Source of the DNA: Thermodesulfobacteriota bacterium
GTDB taxonomy: Bacteria > Desulfobacterota > Desulfobacteria > Desulfobacterales > C00003060
Direction: 5' to 3'
NCBI GenBank assembly: GCA_034189385.1
Contig: JAXHVD010000001.1
Location: 288,001-352,000 of the forward strand
DNA: 64,000 nucleotides
This document shows, piece after piece, positions 37,650 to 47,177 of this stretch. The notes under the pieces were generated by a model. The model was not told where the DNA came from, made no database searches, and worked only from the letters and a program-made list of their open reading frames with translations. Position 1 is the stretch's first letter. Each line of letters begins with the position of its first letter. A program made the position numbers and the translations under genes.

Positions 37650-39733
37650 CTCCTCGCTTCTGCCCTTCACCGTATTCAACTCAACTCCTCGCTTACGGGT
37701 AGGGGTCCCACTTAATGGCATCGGTAATGACATAGCCATTTGCATCATCGCTCACTTCTACAGAGCCCGATGATGGTGATGCAGTAAAGGTGAAAGGGCC
37801 TCCTATATAATTCCAGTCTCCGGTCTGGATTTTCTGGTTGACGTCGATAGTTGTAGGCCCTCCACTATAATAAATAGTATAGGGCGCATCGCTGGCCCTG
37901 TTTGAACCTCCCGTCCACCAGCCATAAAGCTCGTAGTCTCCTGCTTCAGGTATCGAGAATGTCCAGGTGGCCTTGGCTGTGGCACCTCCACCACTTCCAG
38001 CATGGTAGTGCTCAGAATTCTTGTACGAATTAGCGCTTCCGCTGGTCAGCCACCCTGTGCCCTGGGTGGAAAATTCAGGGTCCAGATCATCCACATAGAT
38101 CGCGCCAGGGGTGACGACAGTCAAGACAGCTGTGCCTTGCCCAGAATTAGAGGCGTCATCTGTTGCCGTGATGACAAGGCTTTTGGGGATGTCAGGCGTG
38201 CTAGCGGGGACAGTGGCCTCGTAGCTGTATATACCATCACCAATACTCTGGTCTCCATTGTTGCCATTGTCATTCATCGCTTGATTTGAACTGCCCCCTA
38301 TGACACTCAGGTCAACTTCGATTTTGCTGGGAAGGGTATCGTCAAAATCGCCATCAGGATCGTACACAGAGGCCGTGATCAGTGTGGAGCCGCTTCCGTC
38401 GTTAGGCACCGTGTCCGGCGCTGCCTCTGCATTCAAGACCTTGGGACTAAGGTTGGGTGTTCTTACATAAGTAATACCATTATGGCAGGCCTTGCAGACG
38501 CCGTTTGAGGCGATGGTCGATGACCCATAATTCATAAAGCCCCCCACGCTTTGCGCCAGTGTCGCGTTCGGGTCTGAAGGGGGAACCTGCTTGGCATGGT
38601 AATGCTCATGATTAAGGTATGAATTAACGGACGTACTTGTAAGCCAGCCACTGCCTTGGGTGGAAAACCCGGCAGCCAAATCATCAACAATGATATCTGG
38701 CGTGGTATCTCCATTGGTATCCCATCCAATGGCATCGGCAATGACATAGCCATTGGCATCATCGCCTAAAACCACGGTGCCTGATGTTGCCCCAGCAAAG
38801 GTGAACGTGCCTATATAATTCCAGGCTCCGGTCTGGATTGTCTGATCGACGTCGATGGTCTGAGAAAAGCTGCCGTAGCTTATCGTATAGGGCGCATCAC
38901 TGGCCCTGTTTGAACCTCCTGTCCACCAGCCATAAAGGTCGAACGTACCCCCTGAAGGTACGGAAAAGGCCCATGTGGCCGTGGCTGTGGGCCCTGTGGA
39001 TGGTATTAGATAGACAAAATTCAAGGCCGGCACTTTGTCCGTAGTGCCAGGGGTACTGATCATCTCTCCGTGCCTGATCATGGCCTGGCTAGGTGAACCA
39101 TGGACATTGTGGCAGGCGATACAGCTTTCCCGTGAGTCGGCCGTGCCGTCCCAGTCAGAGTCAAAGTGATTGGAGTTGATTTTTAGATGGATATTATGGG
39201 AATTAGTTGGGCTTGTATCAGCGTTCCAGAAGTTAGTGCCGCTTACACCGGACGAAAACAGATCCGTGGCGCTATGGCAATCCAGGCAAAGGGCAAAACT
39301 CTGGGAATTAAGCGAGGCCGTCAGTCTCGGCAGATTCATGGCCGGCTGACCATCAACGTCCTTTAAGCGGTAGCTATCACTATAGGGGTTCACTGCAACT
39401 GGCGGGCTGCCTTCTGTGACCTCATAGGTCCGCGGCTCACCATCAATGTGGTTCTTCTCCGCATCATGGCAATTGGTGCAAACGATCTTGTGGCCCGTAA
39501 TGTTATAGCCGTACGTGTCCCCATTGTTCTCATCACCGGCAATACAGGGCGCATAGACACTGTCAATGATGGCAGATTCATTGGTACCCGTGGTGGCAGG
39601 ATCGTCATCATGGCAGCCCAGACACCAGTTCTCCTTACCAACCTTTAAAGTCTTGCCGTCCGATTCGTAGACGCCATCCGCCCAGTTAGTCCAGGCACCG
39701 ATAACGGAATCGTCTAAACCATCAAAGGCACCA
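37650..39733. repeat. Direct repeat copy 2 (~2.08 kb)
   Basis: See 32547-34630. Confidence 0.9.
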
Positions 39734-41586
39734 CCGGCACTGTGACAATCATCGCAGGCACCAGAAGCGACGATGTCGTCTATATAGTAATTGTCACCAG
39801 CATGACATGTCTCACAGCCTGCCTCATCAAGGGATATCCCCGGGCCCTTGCCATCGCTGTCGAAGTGCGTCAGGTGACTCTGATTGCCGTGGCAGTCCGC
39901 TTCCATACAAGTCGCGCCAGGGTCTCCGCCATGAGCCACATATTCATAATCCCTCGCGTACCAACCGTCCATCCCAAGGCCCCCTGTAAAGGGTACGCAA
40001 GGATCACTGGGTGGTGCTGCCGCGGTATGGCACACAGCATTACACATGGGATAACTGCCTGACCCTTGGTCTTCTTTCTGTGTCCCCCCCATGTTGATGT
40101 CAGCATCATACCAATCCATTGTCCCGTCGTCATCACTGTCCGAGCCAAAGGCTATTTCGCAGCCATCCGCATCGAAGTAAACGAGATCGCCTACGTCTTT
40201 ACGAAGGTTGGCAGGGTTGGCCTCTCCATGCACATTGTGGCAAAGGACGCAGGTGCCGTGATAAACCACCGGAGACATGCAGCCGTAGGGACTTCCTGCG
40301 ATATGCAGTAAGTGTAAATTATCGTGTGATCCGATAGGAATGAAGTTAGAGTCGGTAAAATTGGTAGTCAGGTTTGGATAATCAGCCTGCTGCGTAATGA
40401 CCGCTTCCTGATGGCATTTGTAACAAAGGGCAAAGGCCCCATCCGGACCTGGATCATATGTGTCGTACGGTAACTGCATGCCATAATCATCGTAGAATCT
40501 GAAGCCTGTTGGGTTCGTGGTAGTGGTAAAATAGTCATACAGATTTGACAACTGTTCCCCATCAATGTGTGCTTTGGCGGAATCATGGCAGGAGGTACAA
40601 CCGAAGCTATGTCCTGTCACGTACACGCCGTAACTCACATCATCTCCCACCACATTCGGTGGCTCAGGGTCAGACGATGCAGGCGCATCACTTTTGAGGA
40701 ATTTGATATCATCAACCCAAAAAGATACGTGATAGTTGGTGCCACCGTTTTCTATGGGACGTAACTGAATGGTCTTGATAGCGCTCCAGTCGCCATTGTT
40801 CGTGAAATCTTCTCTCGGGACTAAAACATATTTCCACTGCCAAGCCTCAATCCCATAGTCGGCGAAATTCACGGGAGCCATACTCCAAACCCCGCCGTTA
40901 TTAAGCCTAACCTTGACCTTCTTGAACTTCGAAGTACTCTCCACCCTGAGATAGAAACCTAAGCTGTCCGCAGCGTTGACATCCGTTGCACTATCGACCT
41001 TTTTCACGGTGCCGTAAGTCTTGCTGCTGTTTTCCCACCAAACATCTACATGCATGGACTCTGCACCCTGGGGCGCCTCGATGGTGGCCAGCTCGACGGT
41101 TTTACTGTCATCAAGCTTTTTCCACACTGCTTGGAGTGCACTGTCGCTGGAATATCCCTCAAAGTCATCCACTGCAAGGATGATTTCTGGGGCCGCTGCA
41201 CCGCCTTCATCATGACAAGCGGCACACCACTTCCTTTTCCCCAATTTCAGTTTGCCATCTGTCTTATAGATCAGGGACTGAGTAGCTTCACTGGGGGAAC
41301 TCCGGTTCTCCCAGTTGTTCAGCGCGCCAACTGCGGGATCATTGACCCCGTTATAGGGTCCGCCGGGGCTGTGGCAGGTGTCGCAGGAACTCGTATAGAC
41401 GTTATTGTAAGCAGGCGAGCCATCGTGACAATGCCCGCAGCCCATGCTGCCCGGCCCCCTGTCGGCCGTGAGATGCGTCTGGTGCGGAGGATCACTCTCA
41501 CCAGCCACCAGGATCGAAGCACTTCCCATAAAACCTAGCAGACCCAGAGTTAGTAGAAAAACCGAAAAGATTCCGAGGCTACGCAT
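37693..41586 (-). CDS. Large secreted multiheme c-type cytochrome 2 (13 CxxCH plus CX3CH and CX4CH), same architecture as cytochrome 1
   Basis: Motifs counted in the translation; AGGAGG RBS; signal peptide; C-terminal ~680 aa identical to cytochrome 1. Confidence 0.88.
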   Translation of the reverse strand: MRSLGIFSVFLLTLGLLGFMGSASILVAGESDPPHQTHLTADRGPGSMGCGHCHDGSPAYNNVYTSSCDTCHSPGGPYNGVNDPAVGALNNWENRSSPSEATQSLIYKTDGKLKLGKRKWCAACHDEGGAAAPEIILAVDDFEGYSSDSALQAVWKKLDDSKTVELATIEAPQGAESMHVDVWWENSSKTYGTVKKVDSATDVNAADSLGFYLRVESTSKFKKVKVRLNNGGVWSMAPVNFADYGIEAWQWKYVLVPREDFTNNGDWSAIKTIQLRPIENGGTNYHVSFWVDDIKFLKSDAPASSDPEPPNVVGDDVSYGVYVTGHSFGCTSCHDSAKAHIDGEQLSNLYDYFTTTTNPTGFRFYDDYGMQLPYDTYDPGPDGAFALCYKCHQEAVITQQADYPNLTTNFTDSNFIPIGSHDNLHLLHIAGSPYGCMSPVVYHGTCVLCHNVHGEANPANLRKDVGDLVYFDADGCEIAFGSDSDDDGTMDWYDADINMGGTQKEDQGSGSYPMCNAVCHTAAAPPSDPCVPFTGGLGMDGWYARDYEYVAHGGDPGATCMEADCHGNQSHLTHFDSDGKGPGISLDEAGCETCHAGDNYYIDDIVASGACDDCHSAGGAFDGLDDSVIGAWTNWADGVYESDGKTLKVGKENWCLGCHDDDPATTGTNESAIIDSVYAPCIAGDENNGDTYGYNITGHKIVCTNCHDAEKNHIDGEPRTYEVTEGSPPVAVNPYSDSYRLKDVDGQPAMNLPRLTASLNSQSFALCLDCHSATDLFSSGVSGTNFWNADTSPTNSHNIHLKINSNHFDSDWDGTADSRESCIACHNVHGSPSQAMIRHGEMISTPGTTDKVPALNFVYLIPSTGPTATATWAFSVPSGGTFDLYGWWTGGSNRASDAPYTISYGSFSQTIDVDQTIQTGAWNYIGTFTFAGATSGTVVLGDDANGYVIADAIGWDTNGDTTPDIIVDDLAAGFSTQGSGWLTSTSVNSYLNHEHYHAKQVPPSDPNATLAQSVGGFMNYGSSTIASNGVCKACHNGITYVRTPNLSPKVLNAEAAPDTVPNDGSGSTLITASVYDPDGDFDDTLPSKIEVDLSVIGGSSNQAMNDNGNNGDQSIGDGIYSYEATVPASTPDIPKSLVITATDDASNSGQGTAVLTVVTPGAIYVDDLDPEFSTQGTGWLTSGSANSYKNSEHYHAGSGGGATAKATWTFSIPEAGDYELYGWWTGGSNRASDAPYTIYYSGGPTTIDVNQKIQTGDWNYIGGPFTFTASPSSGSVEVSDDANGYVITDAIKWDPYP

Positions 41587-41916
41587 AATTTCCTCCTTTA
41601 GGTTGTGGGGGGGAGTAAAACTATATTAACTTTGGGTTATCTAATAGCTTCGGGTTATGTGGTGGGGTCACAACTCAAGGGATGTTACTGCAGTCTGACA
41701 CAGACAGAAATTGGTGTTTTGGCTGTGTCAACAAGAAATCGCCCTTTTTCTGCTCCCAAATTTGAAGCCAGATCTCTATTCCCAAAATCATGTTTCATCG
41801 CAACAGGTTAATCATACGAAAAGGAATTGGCAGCAGTTTATTTTTTTTCGGCCAAACGGCCTATTTCGCAAACGACCCTGTGCTGACCAAGGATCCACAT
41901 AACCATCGAAGGTTCT

Positions 41917-41932
41917 AGCAAGAAGTATACCA
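41917..41932 (-). promoter_or_regulatory. Sigma54 (-24/-12) promoter for cytochrome 2
   Basis: Minus strand TGGTAT-ACTTC-TTGCT, GG-N10-GC spacing. Confidence 0.6.
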
Positions 41933-42361
41933 AGAGGACACATTGAAGGGCATGGCGGGCTTTCTTGCTATTGGCTGAAAACTTCTGGATACTTAGCTGC
42001 TTGCGGGCAAAATCCGCTTCCGGTGGGATGGGCCGAATGTGGGTAGAAAGTGTGCCATAAAGGGAAAAGAAAAGCCACTTTTTGATATTCTTCGTGCCTA
42101 TTTGAAGGGGTCTTTTGATCTGCGCGATTTCAGCTCAGCATTGCTTGCCGAGGAAGTGGATGGGTTTGGCATCTGTATCGCACTTCTCCCCAAATTGCTC
42201 AATGTCGTTGGCAAAACAGAGTCTTTGAAGGTGTTAAGCGGAGATTGGAGGACAAAATGTCTCAGTGTTCTTTGCGCCTTGAGTGAGAGGAGTGAAGGGG
42301 CGGTGAATAAAGACGCGCTCTTGGGCCTTATGAAGTGGAGGGTCAGTTGGAAAGAATCTTC

Positions 42362-42419
42362 TTGACAGCATTATAGCAGGGGCATATGGTTAAGGTTAGT
42401 CATATGGACTTAGTCATAT
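42362..42419 (+). promoter_or_regulatory. Sigma70-type promoter with TTAGTCATAT direct repeats (probable TA operator)
   Basis: TTGACA at 42362, TATGGT at 42384, TTAGTCATAT twice upstream of the antitoxin. Confidence 0.5.
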
Positions 42420-42434
42420 TTTGAGGGGGTCAAT

Positions 42435-42656
42435 ATGATTGTAAACATTCATCAGGCAAAGACACATCTTTCAAGGCTGATTTCAAAGTTCTTAGATGGC
42501 GAAAAAATAGTTATTGCCAAGAATGGCAAGCCACTTCTTCAGTTTGCGCCGGTTGAAAAAATAGAAGATCAGGCAAGACCTATTGGATTCTTCAATTGCG
42601 ACATAGACATGTCCGCCTTTGACGACCCGATTGACGAAATGAAGGATTATGAATGA
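42435..42656 (+). CDS. Phd/YefM-family antitoxin
   Basis: VNIHQAKTHLSRLI....GE.IVIAKNGKP. Confidence 0.9.
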   Translation: MIVNIHQAKTHLSRLISKFLDGEKIVIAKNGKPLLQFAPVEKIEDQARPIGFFNCDIDMSAFDDPIDEMKDYE

Positions 42657-43051
42657 ACTGCATCCTTGATACGCATGTGTTGATTTTTTTGGGGTGCGGT
42701 TATGAGAACAGTATTGGACAAAAAGCTCTTGAGATATATAAGGACACGGAATCAAAGGTTTTTGTCAGTCAGATTTCCTTCTGGGAAATGGCTATAAAGA
42801 TCAATATTGGTAAGCTGACGATTCCAATAGGGCTGAAAAATGTCATCGTCCACACACGGCAAGCAGGAATCGAAACCCTTCCAGTCCGCAATTCCCACAT
42901 CCTCCATTATCAGTCGCTTGAGGTACATCAAAACCACAAAGATCCATTTGATAGATACATTGTGGCTGCCGCGTTCTGTGAAGATATGAAAATCCTTTCC
43001 AGCGACAAGCGATTTGACCTTTATTCAAAGGTCGTTCGGGTCTGGGACTAG
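42653..43051 (+). CDS. vapC: PIN-domain VapC toxin
   Basis: ILDTH, S.ISFWEMAIK, HKDPFDR, SSD; ATGA overlap. Confidence 0.9.
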   Translation: MNCILDTHVLIFLGCGYENSIGQKALEIYKDTESKVFVSQISFWEMAIKINIGKLTIPIGLKNVIVHTRQAGIETLPVRNSHILHYQSLEVHQNHKDPFDRYIVAAAFCEDMKILSSDKRFDLYSKVVRVWD

Positions 43052-43063
43052 ATTACCTCCCCC

Positions 43064-43459
43064 TCATAAACCTGACCATTTCCACGAATGGATGATCCCC
43101 TTCTTGTTTACATAAAACATGCGTGTGGCTGCATAGCCTTCTTGCCTGGGTCTTGTTGGATAATGGGTGCCGCCCACGACACGCTTGTCCTTTTCTTCTC
43201 CCCAAGTCCCCTTGAGGGACTCGTAGGTCAAGACAGTTCCCCCCTCTTCATCGGGCACGACCCTGGTAGGTGGCCCCCAGGAAGCAATAAGTTCAGATTG
43301 ATAGTGGCCGACCCATGAGTTCATCAAGGCGTCGATCTTCCTGGCCTTCTTGAAATCACTCACCCCCTGTGCACAGCCAGAAAGGCTGAGGGCAAACGAG
43401 GTGAGCAGACAGATGATAGGCCATCTGGGTTTACCAGGGGATCCCATGGACAAGGCCAT
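43064..43459 (-). CDS. Putative lipoprotein
   Basis: LSLSGC lipobox; SWVG....ELIASWGPP. Confidence 0.65.
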   Translation of the reverse strand: MALSMGSPGKPRWPIICLLTSFALSLSGCAQGVSDFKKARKIDALMNSWVGHYQSELIASWGPPTRVVPDEEGGTVLTYESLKGTWGEEKDKRVVGGTHYPTRPRQEGYAATRMFYVNKKGIIHSWKWSGL

Positions 43460-43785
43460 TCCAACAACCTCCTGTGGTCCTGTTTCTAGCCCTTGACTTC
43501 ACCTATCCCATAAATCATCATGTGAATCAACCTTGGGTTTCTGCCGCAGAAGGTGGCTCAATGGTCTCCCCACTTTTGGCAAAACAGGTATTGGGGGATA
43601 GGTGGCAGAAAAAACACGAAAAAGATTGACATTATCTGATTTTTTTTCGTATACATTAATATTAAGTTGATATGCAATAGTCACTACCTTAACTGCACAC
43701 ATCGAAATATAATATAAAATTTAATATATATGTAATATAATTTATATAATTTATAATTAAAAACATTTATATTAGCAACAATTAT

Positions 43786-45222
43786 TTGCTCCTTAACTAC
43801 TGTTTCCTGAACACCTTGCCCACCAAGGCCTTGCTGATGCATCTGACAAAGCATCCTGTCATAATGGTTTTGCTGATAGCCCTCTGGCTAGCCCCATGGC
43901 ATGTGGCCGCGGCTGATAATTGTGAGGAGGCCGCCACATGGTATCATGAAGGCTTAGCCCTGGGGGACAATTCAGAAAGGGAGGCGGCATACTACGAAAA
44001 GGCCATCGAATTATGTCCCGACTATTTTGAGGCCCACAACAGGCTTGGGGAGATCTACACGGCCTGGGGGGCCTATGAACGGGCCATTGAGGAGTTTAAA
44101 AAGGCCGGCAGAAAGCCGTCATTTGTGGAGGCCTACTACAACCTTGGTGAGGTCTATAGGATGCAGGGCAGGTATGACTTGGCGGCAGAAGCATTCGTAA
44201 AGGCCGTCAGGATAAGGCCTGATTTCCGTGAGGCCCACAACCAGCTAAAATACGTCTATAAGAGGCTGGGTAAATATGATTTTGTCATGGACACCCCTCC
44301 AGAAACGATACCAATTTCAATCTTCACAAGGATCCCGGGGATGACCCTTCCAAAGGGGACATTTCTTCTTGATCTCCAATATAGGTTCTGGGAACAAGAG
44401 GCAGGTCTGAACGAAGACATGTTTGTGGGGGAAATGCCTCCCCTTTTTGCCGCTCCCTCGAAGAGGAGGATAGACGTGAAAACGTGGGTTTTGGGCATAC
44501 GCTATGGCTTAACCCACGATCTGACCATAGGCCTGATTCCCAAGTTTTTTTCAAGAACAGCAGAGGTGCCCGTGGAATTTTGGAGCATAGACGCTGAGCC
44601 AGCTGTTACTGGATTCGGAGATACAGTGCTCCTGACCAAGTATCGGCTTTGGGGCAGAGGAAGGACCCACCTCTCTGTCTATAACCTGCTTAGCATCCCT
44701 ACGGGTGATGAAGATGCAGAAGCTGACGACGACCAAATTGCCCGTAGGATACCCTTGGGTTCCGGGGGTTATGATTTTACGCCAGGAATCGCCTTTACCA
44801 CCGTGAAAGAACCCTTTACCATTCATGCTGGCATATCGTATGTCTTTACGGAAAGCAGACAGGCCGGCGATGAATTTTACGCTGACCTTGCGGTGTTGCT
44901 CCCTCGCTTTCATGGATTCATCGGCATTGCGGAGCTCAATTACCGGTGGAGGGACTCAGCGAAGAGGTCACAACTTTTCCAAACACGATTTGGGTTTCAG
45001 CCAGGTCCTGGCATGTCGGATGTCGAGCCCGGACCCTGGACAGTTGAAAGCATCTTGAAAGAGCCGGGAGGCTATATCCTTTTTCTGTCGCCAGGCGTTC
45101 AGATCCCGTTAGCCAAGGGGCTTGAGGCAGAACTTGGGCTCCAAATTCCTATCATCCGATCAGGGCATGACTGGAAAGAAGAGATTGTGTTCCACATGGG
45201 GATGAGAAAGTATTTCTTCTGA
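43786..45222 (+). CDS. TPR-repeat protein fused to an outer-membrane beta-barrel (transporter / MetA-pathway-like)
   Basis: Signal peptide, 3-4 TPRs, GFGDT...K..., PTG....LGSG.YD motifs, C-terminal Phe; true start may be ATG 43837. Confidence 0.7.
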   Translation: MLLNYCFLNTLPTKALLMHLTKHPVIMVLLIALWLAPWHVAAADNCEEAATWYHEGLALGDNSEREAAYYEKAIELCPDYFEAHNRLGEIYTAWGAYERAIEEFKKAGRKPSFVEAYYNLGEVYRMQGRYDLAAEAFVKAVRIRPDFREAHNQLKYVYKRLGKYDFVMDTPPETIPISIFTRIPGMTLPKGTFLLDLQYRFWEQEAGLNEDMFVGEMPPLFAAPSKRRIDVKTWVLGIRYGLTHDLTIGLIPKFFSRTAEVPVEFWSIDAEPAVTGFGDTVLLTKYRLWGRGRTHLSVYNLLSIPTGDEDAEADDDQIARRIPLGSGGYDFTPGIAFTTVKEPFTIHAGISYVFTESRQAGDEFYADLAVLLPRFHGFIGIAELNYRWRDSAKRSQLFQTRFGFQPGPGMSDVEPGPWTVESILKEPGGYILFLSPGVQIPLAKGLEAELGLQIPIIRSGHDWKEEIVFHMGMRKYFF

Positions 45223-45258
45223 TGTTCTAGATTAGGATGGGGTCCTGTGAGCTTTTGG

Positions 45259-45310
45259 TCCCGACGGAGTCGAGAAAGGGGAACCCCAAAAGCTCACAAT
45301 GAACGTTGAA
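45259..45310 (+). repeat. Dispersed hairpin repeat, copy C
   Basis: tcccgacggagtcgagaaaggggaaccccaaaagctcacaatgaacgttgaa. Confidence 0.65.
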
Positions 45311-45333
45311 CGGAATGATACAAGTCTGAGGCC

Positions 45334-46632
45334 ATGTTGCGAATGACCTTGCGGGGTTTTAGAAAGAGATGCTGGAGATGTCTTGTCTTGTGTGCAAGTT
45401 GCATCCTCCTTTGCGGAGCGTCCCATGGCATGGCTGGGGAAAACCTGTCCGGCGGAAGAAACCAGGGGGTGGCGGTCCTTTTTGAGGATAATGCGTTCTA
45501 TCAAAACAGCCTCGCCGGCATCAGGGTGAGAGGAAACATGCCCGTGACGATTCGGACGTGTAAAATCTATTCGAATGGGAGGGCGGGAATCGCTATTGAC
45601 AGGCAAGCAAACGTCGCCGTGACAGATTGTGATGTGTATGAGAATGGAAGGGGAGGTGTTAATGTCGATGAGGCCGGACAGACAACCATAGAGCAGAGCA
45701 GGATTTACCAGAACAGGATGGCCGGTGTACGGGTATGGAGGAGCGGTGGCAAGGCCAGCCATGTACTGGACGTGGTGGATGTCAAGATTGCAAACAACAG
45801 AATATACATGAACGAACAGGCAGGCATCAGATCTATGCCGCAGCTTGAAAGTAAGGTGGACCTAGTTGTCACAGGAAATGAAATCTGTCGAAATGGCAAG
45901 GCCGGGGTCAGGGTTGAGAACAATACCCGGCTGACGGCAAAGGGGAACCACATCTGTGATAATGGGGCGGTGGGCATTATCTCCCACGAGTCTGTTATAC
46001 CCCCACTGCTGGACATTTATCAGAATAGACTTAGCTTCAACAAAGGCCCGGGGCTCCATATCCTTAACGGTAAAACCGGCCACATCGGGATTCGGAACAA
46101 CTGGGTCTACCATAACTTGCGTTCCGGCGTTGTTTGTGCCCTTTGGGGCGATCCTGATGTCGAGCAGTTAAACGTTGAGATTGTAAACAATACGGTGGTG
46201 GCCAATGGGAGCAGCGATCAGGGGGCTGGCATCAGAAATGACAGCAAGGGCAGGGCCCTCATCATGAACAACATTGTGGCCTACAATTATGTCTCTGGCA
46301 TCAGGACTAAGGAATGCAAAGACGACTCCTATAATCTGCTCTTTGCCAATGGTGACGTAGCCAATTGTTGCGACGATCCCCATTCCGCGCCCTATTGGGT
46401 CGAGAGAGTCCAGATTGGGGGTTGTCCTGAACGAGGGATCGGAGACCTCATTACTGATCCATTTTTTGTGGACCCGGACAACTACGACTTCCGCCTTAAG
46501 GACACTTCGCCTGCCATAGATGCTGGAAACGCCATGGATGCTCACCACGACGTCTTCTTTCCTCCATCAAAGGGCACGAGGAGAAATGATATGGGGGCCA
46601 CTGGTGGACCCTATGCCGTAGGGCAGGGCTGA
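45334..46632 (+). CDS. Secreted right-handed beta-helix repeat protein
   Basis: IY.N..AGI repeats; DPFFV...DFRL...SPAIDAG...NDMGATGGP. Confidence 0.85.
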   Translation: MLRMTLRGFRKRCWRCLVLCASCILLCGASHGMAGENLSGGRNQGVAVLFEDNAFYQNSLAGIRVRGNMPVTIRTCKIYSNGRAGIAIDRQANVAVTDCDVYENGRGGVNVDEAGQTTIEQSRIYQNRMAGVRVWRSGGKASHVLDVVDVKIANNRIYMNEQAGIRSMPQLESKVDLVVTGNEICRNGKAGVRVENNTRLTAKGNHICDNGAVGIISHESVIPPLLDIYQNRLSFNKGPGLHILNGKTGHIGIRNNWVYHNLRSGVVCALWGDPDVEQLNVEIVNNTVVANGSSDQGAGIRNDSKGRALIMNNIVAYNYVSGIRTKECKDDSYNLLFANGDVANCCDDPHSAPYWVERVQIGGCPERGIGDLITDPFFVDPDNYDFRLKDTSPAIDAGNAMDAHHDVFFPPSKGTRRNDMGATGGPYAVGQG

Positions 46633-47177
46633 AACCGGCGGGTCAGGATGATAGCAAGCCTAAGGTTGACGGCTTAACGCTCAGTGATTAGGTTATAAGT
46701 CAAGTTAGCGCCTCGCGGCTTGAAAAGAGGCGAACCCCTCGTTTCCACTAATAGTAGGTGTGTCAAGACTTGTACCTCCTGGATTTGGCAACAGAGGGAA
46801 GGGGAAATTCGCTGAACGGAGGCCTACAGCCATTGCCACCCACAATCTTTTCATAGCTACTAAAGGCATTGGAGGCCGAAGAGAAGCGGATTTCTTCATC
46901 CCGAGGTTTCAATTGCAGAGAAAAGACCCAGACCAGAGCCCTGCCGCTTCCTAGAAGCCATGGCACGGTTTAGCTTCTATTTCATACGGTTGATAAGGGT
47001 ACAAAACTTGAGAAAATAGATAGACGACAACATACGATGCCGAAGTTGGCCCGGCATCTCGCCTGATGTCGCGGAAGGAGAAAGACAGGTTTTGGCCACG
47101 TGCTGTGTGGTGAGGCCCTTGCATAAGTATTTCGAACGTTCAGTTTGGGCTCTTAATAACGATCCGGCTGCGGTGCC

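Noticed and set aside
42039..42365. 108-aa ORF upstream of the Phd antitoxin
   Set aside because: No RBS or motif, and it overlaps repeat-like and promoter sequence
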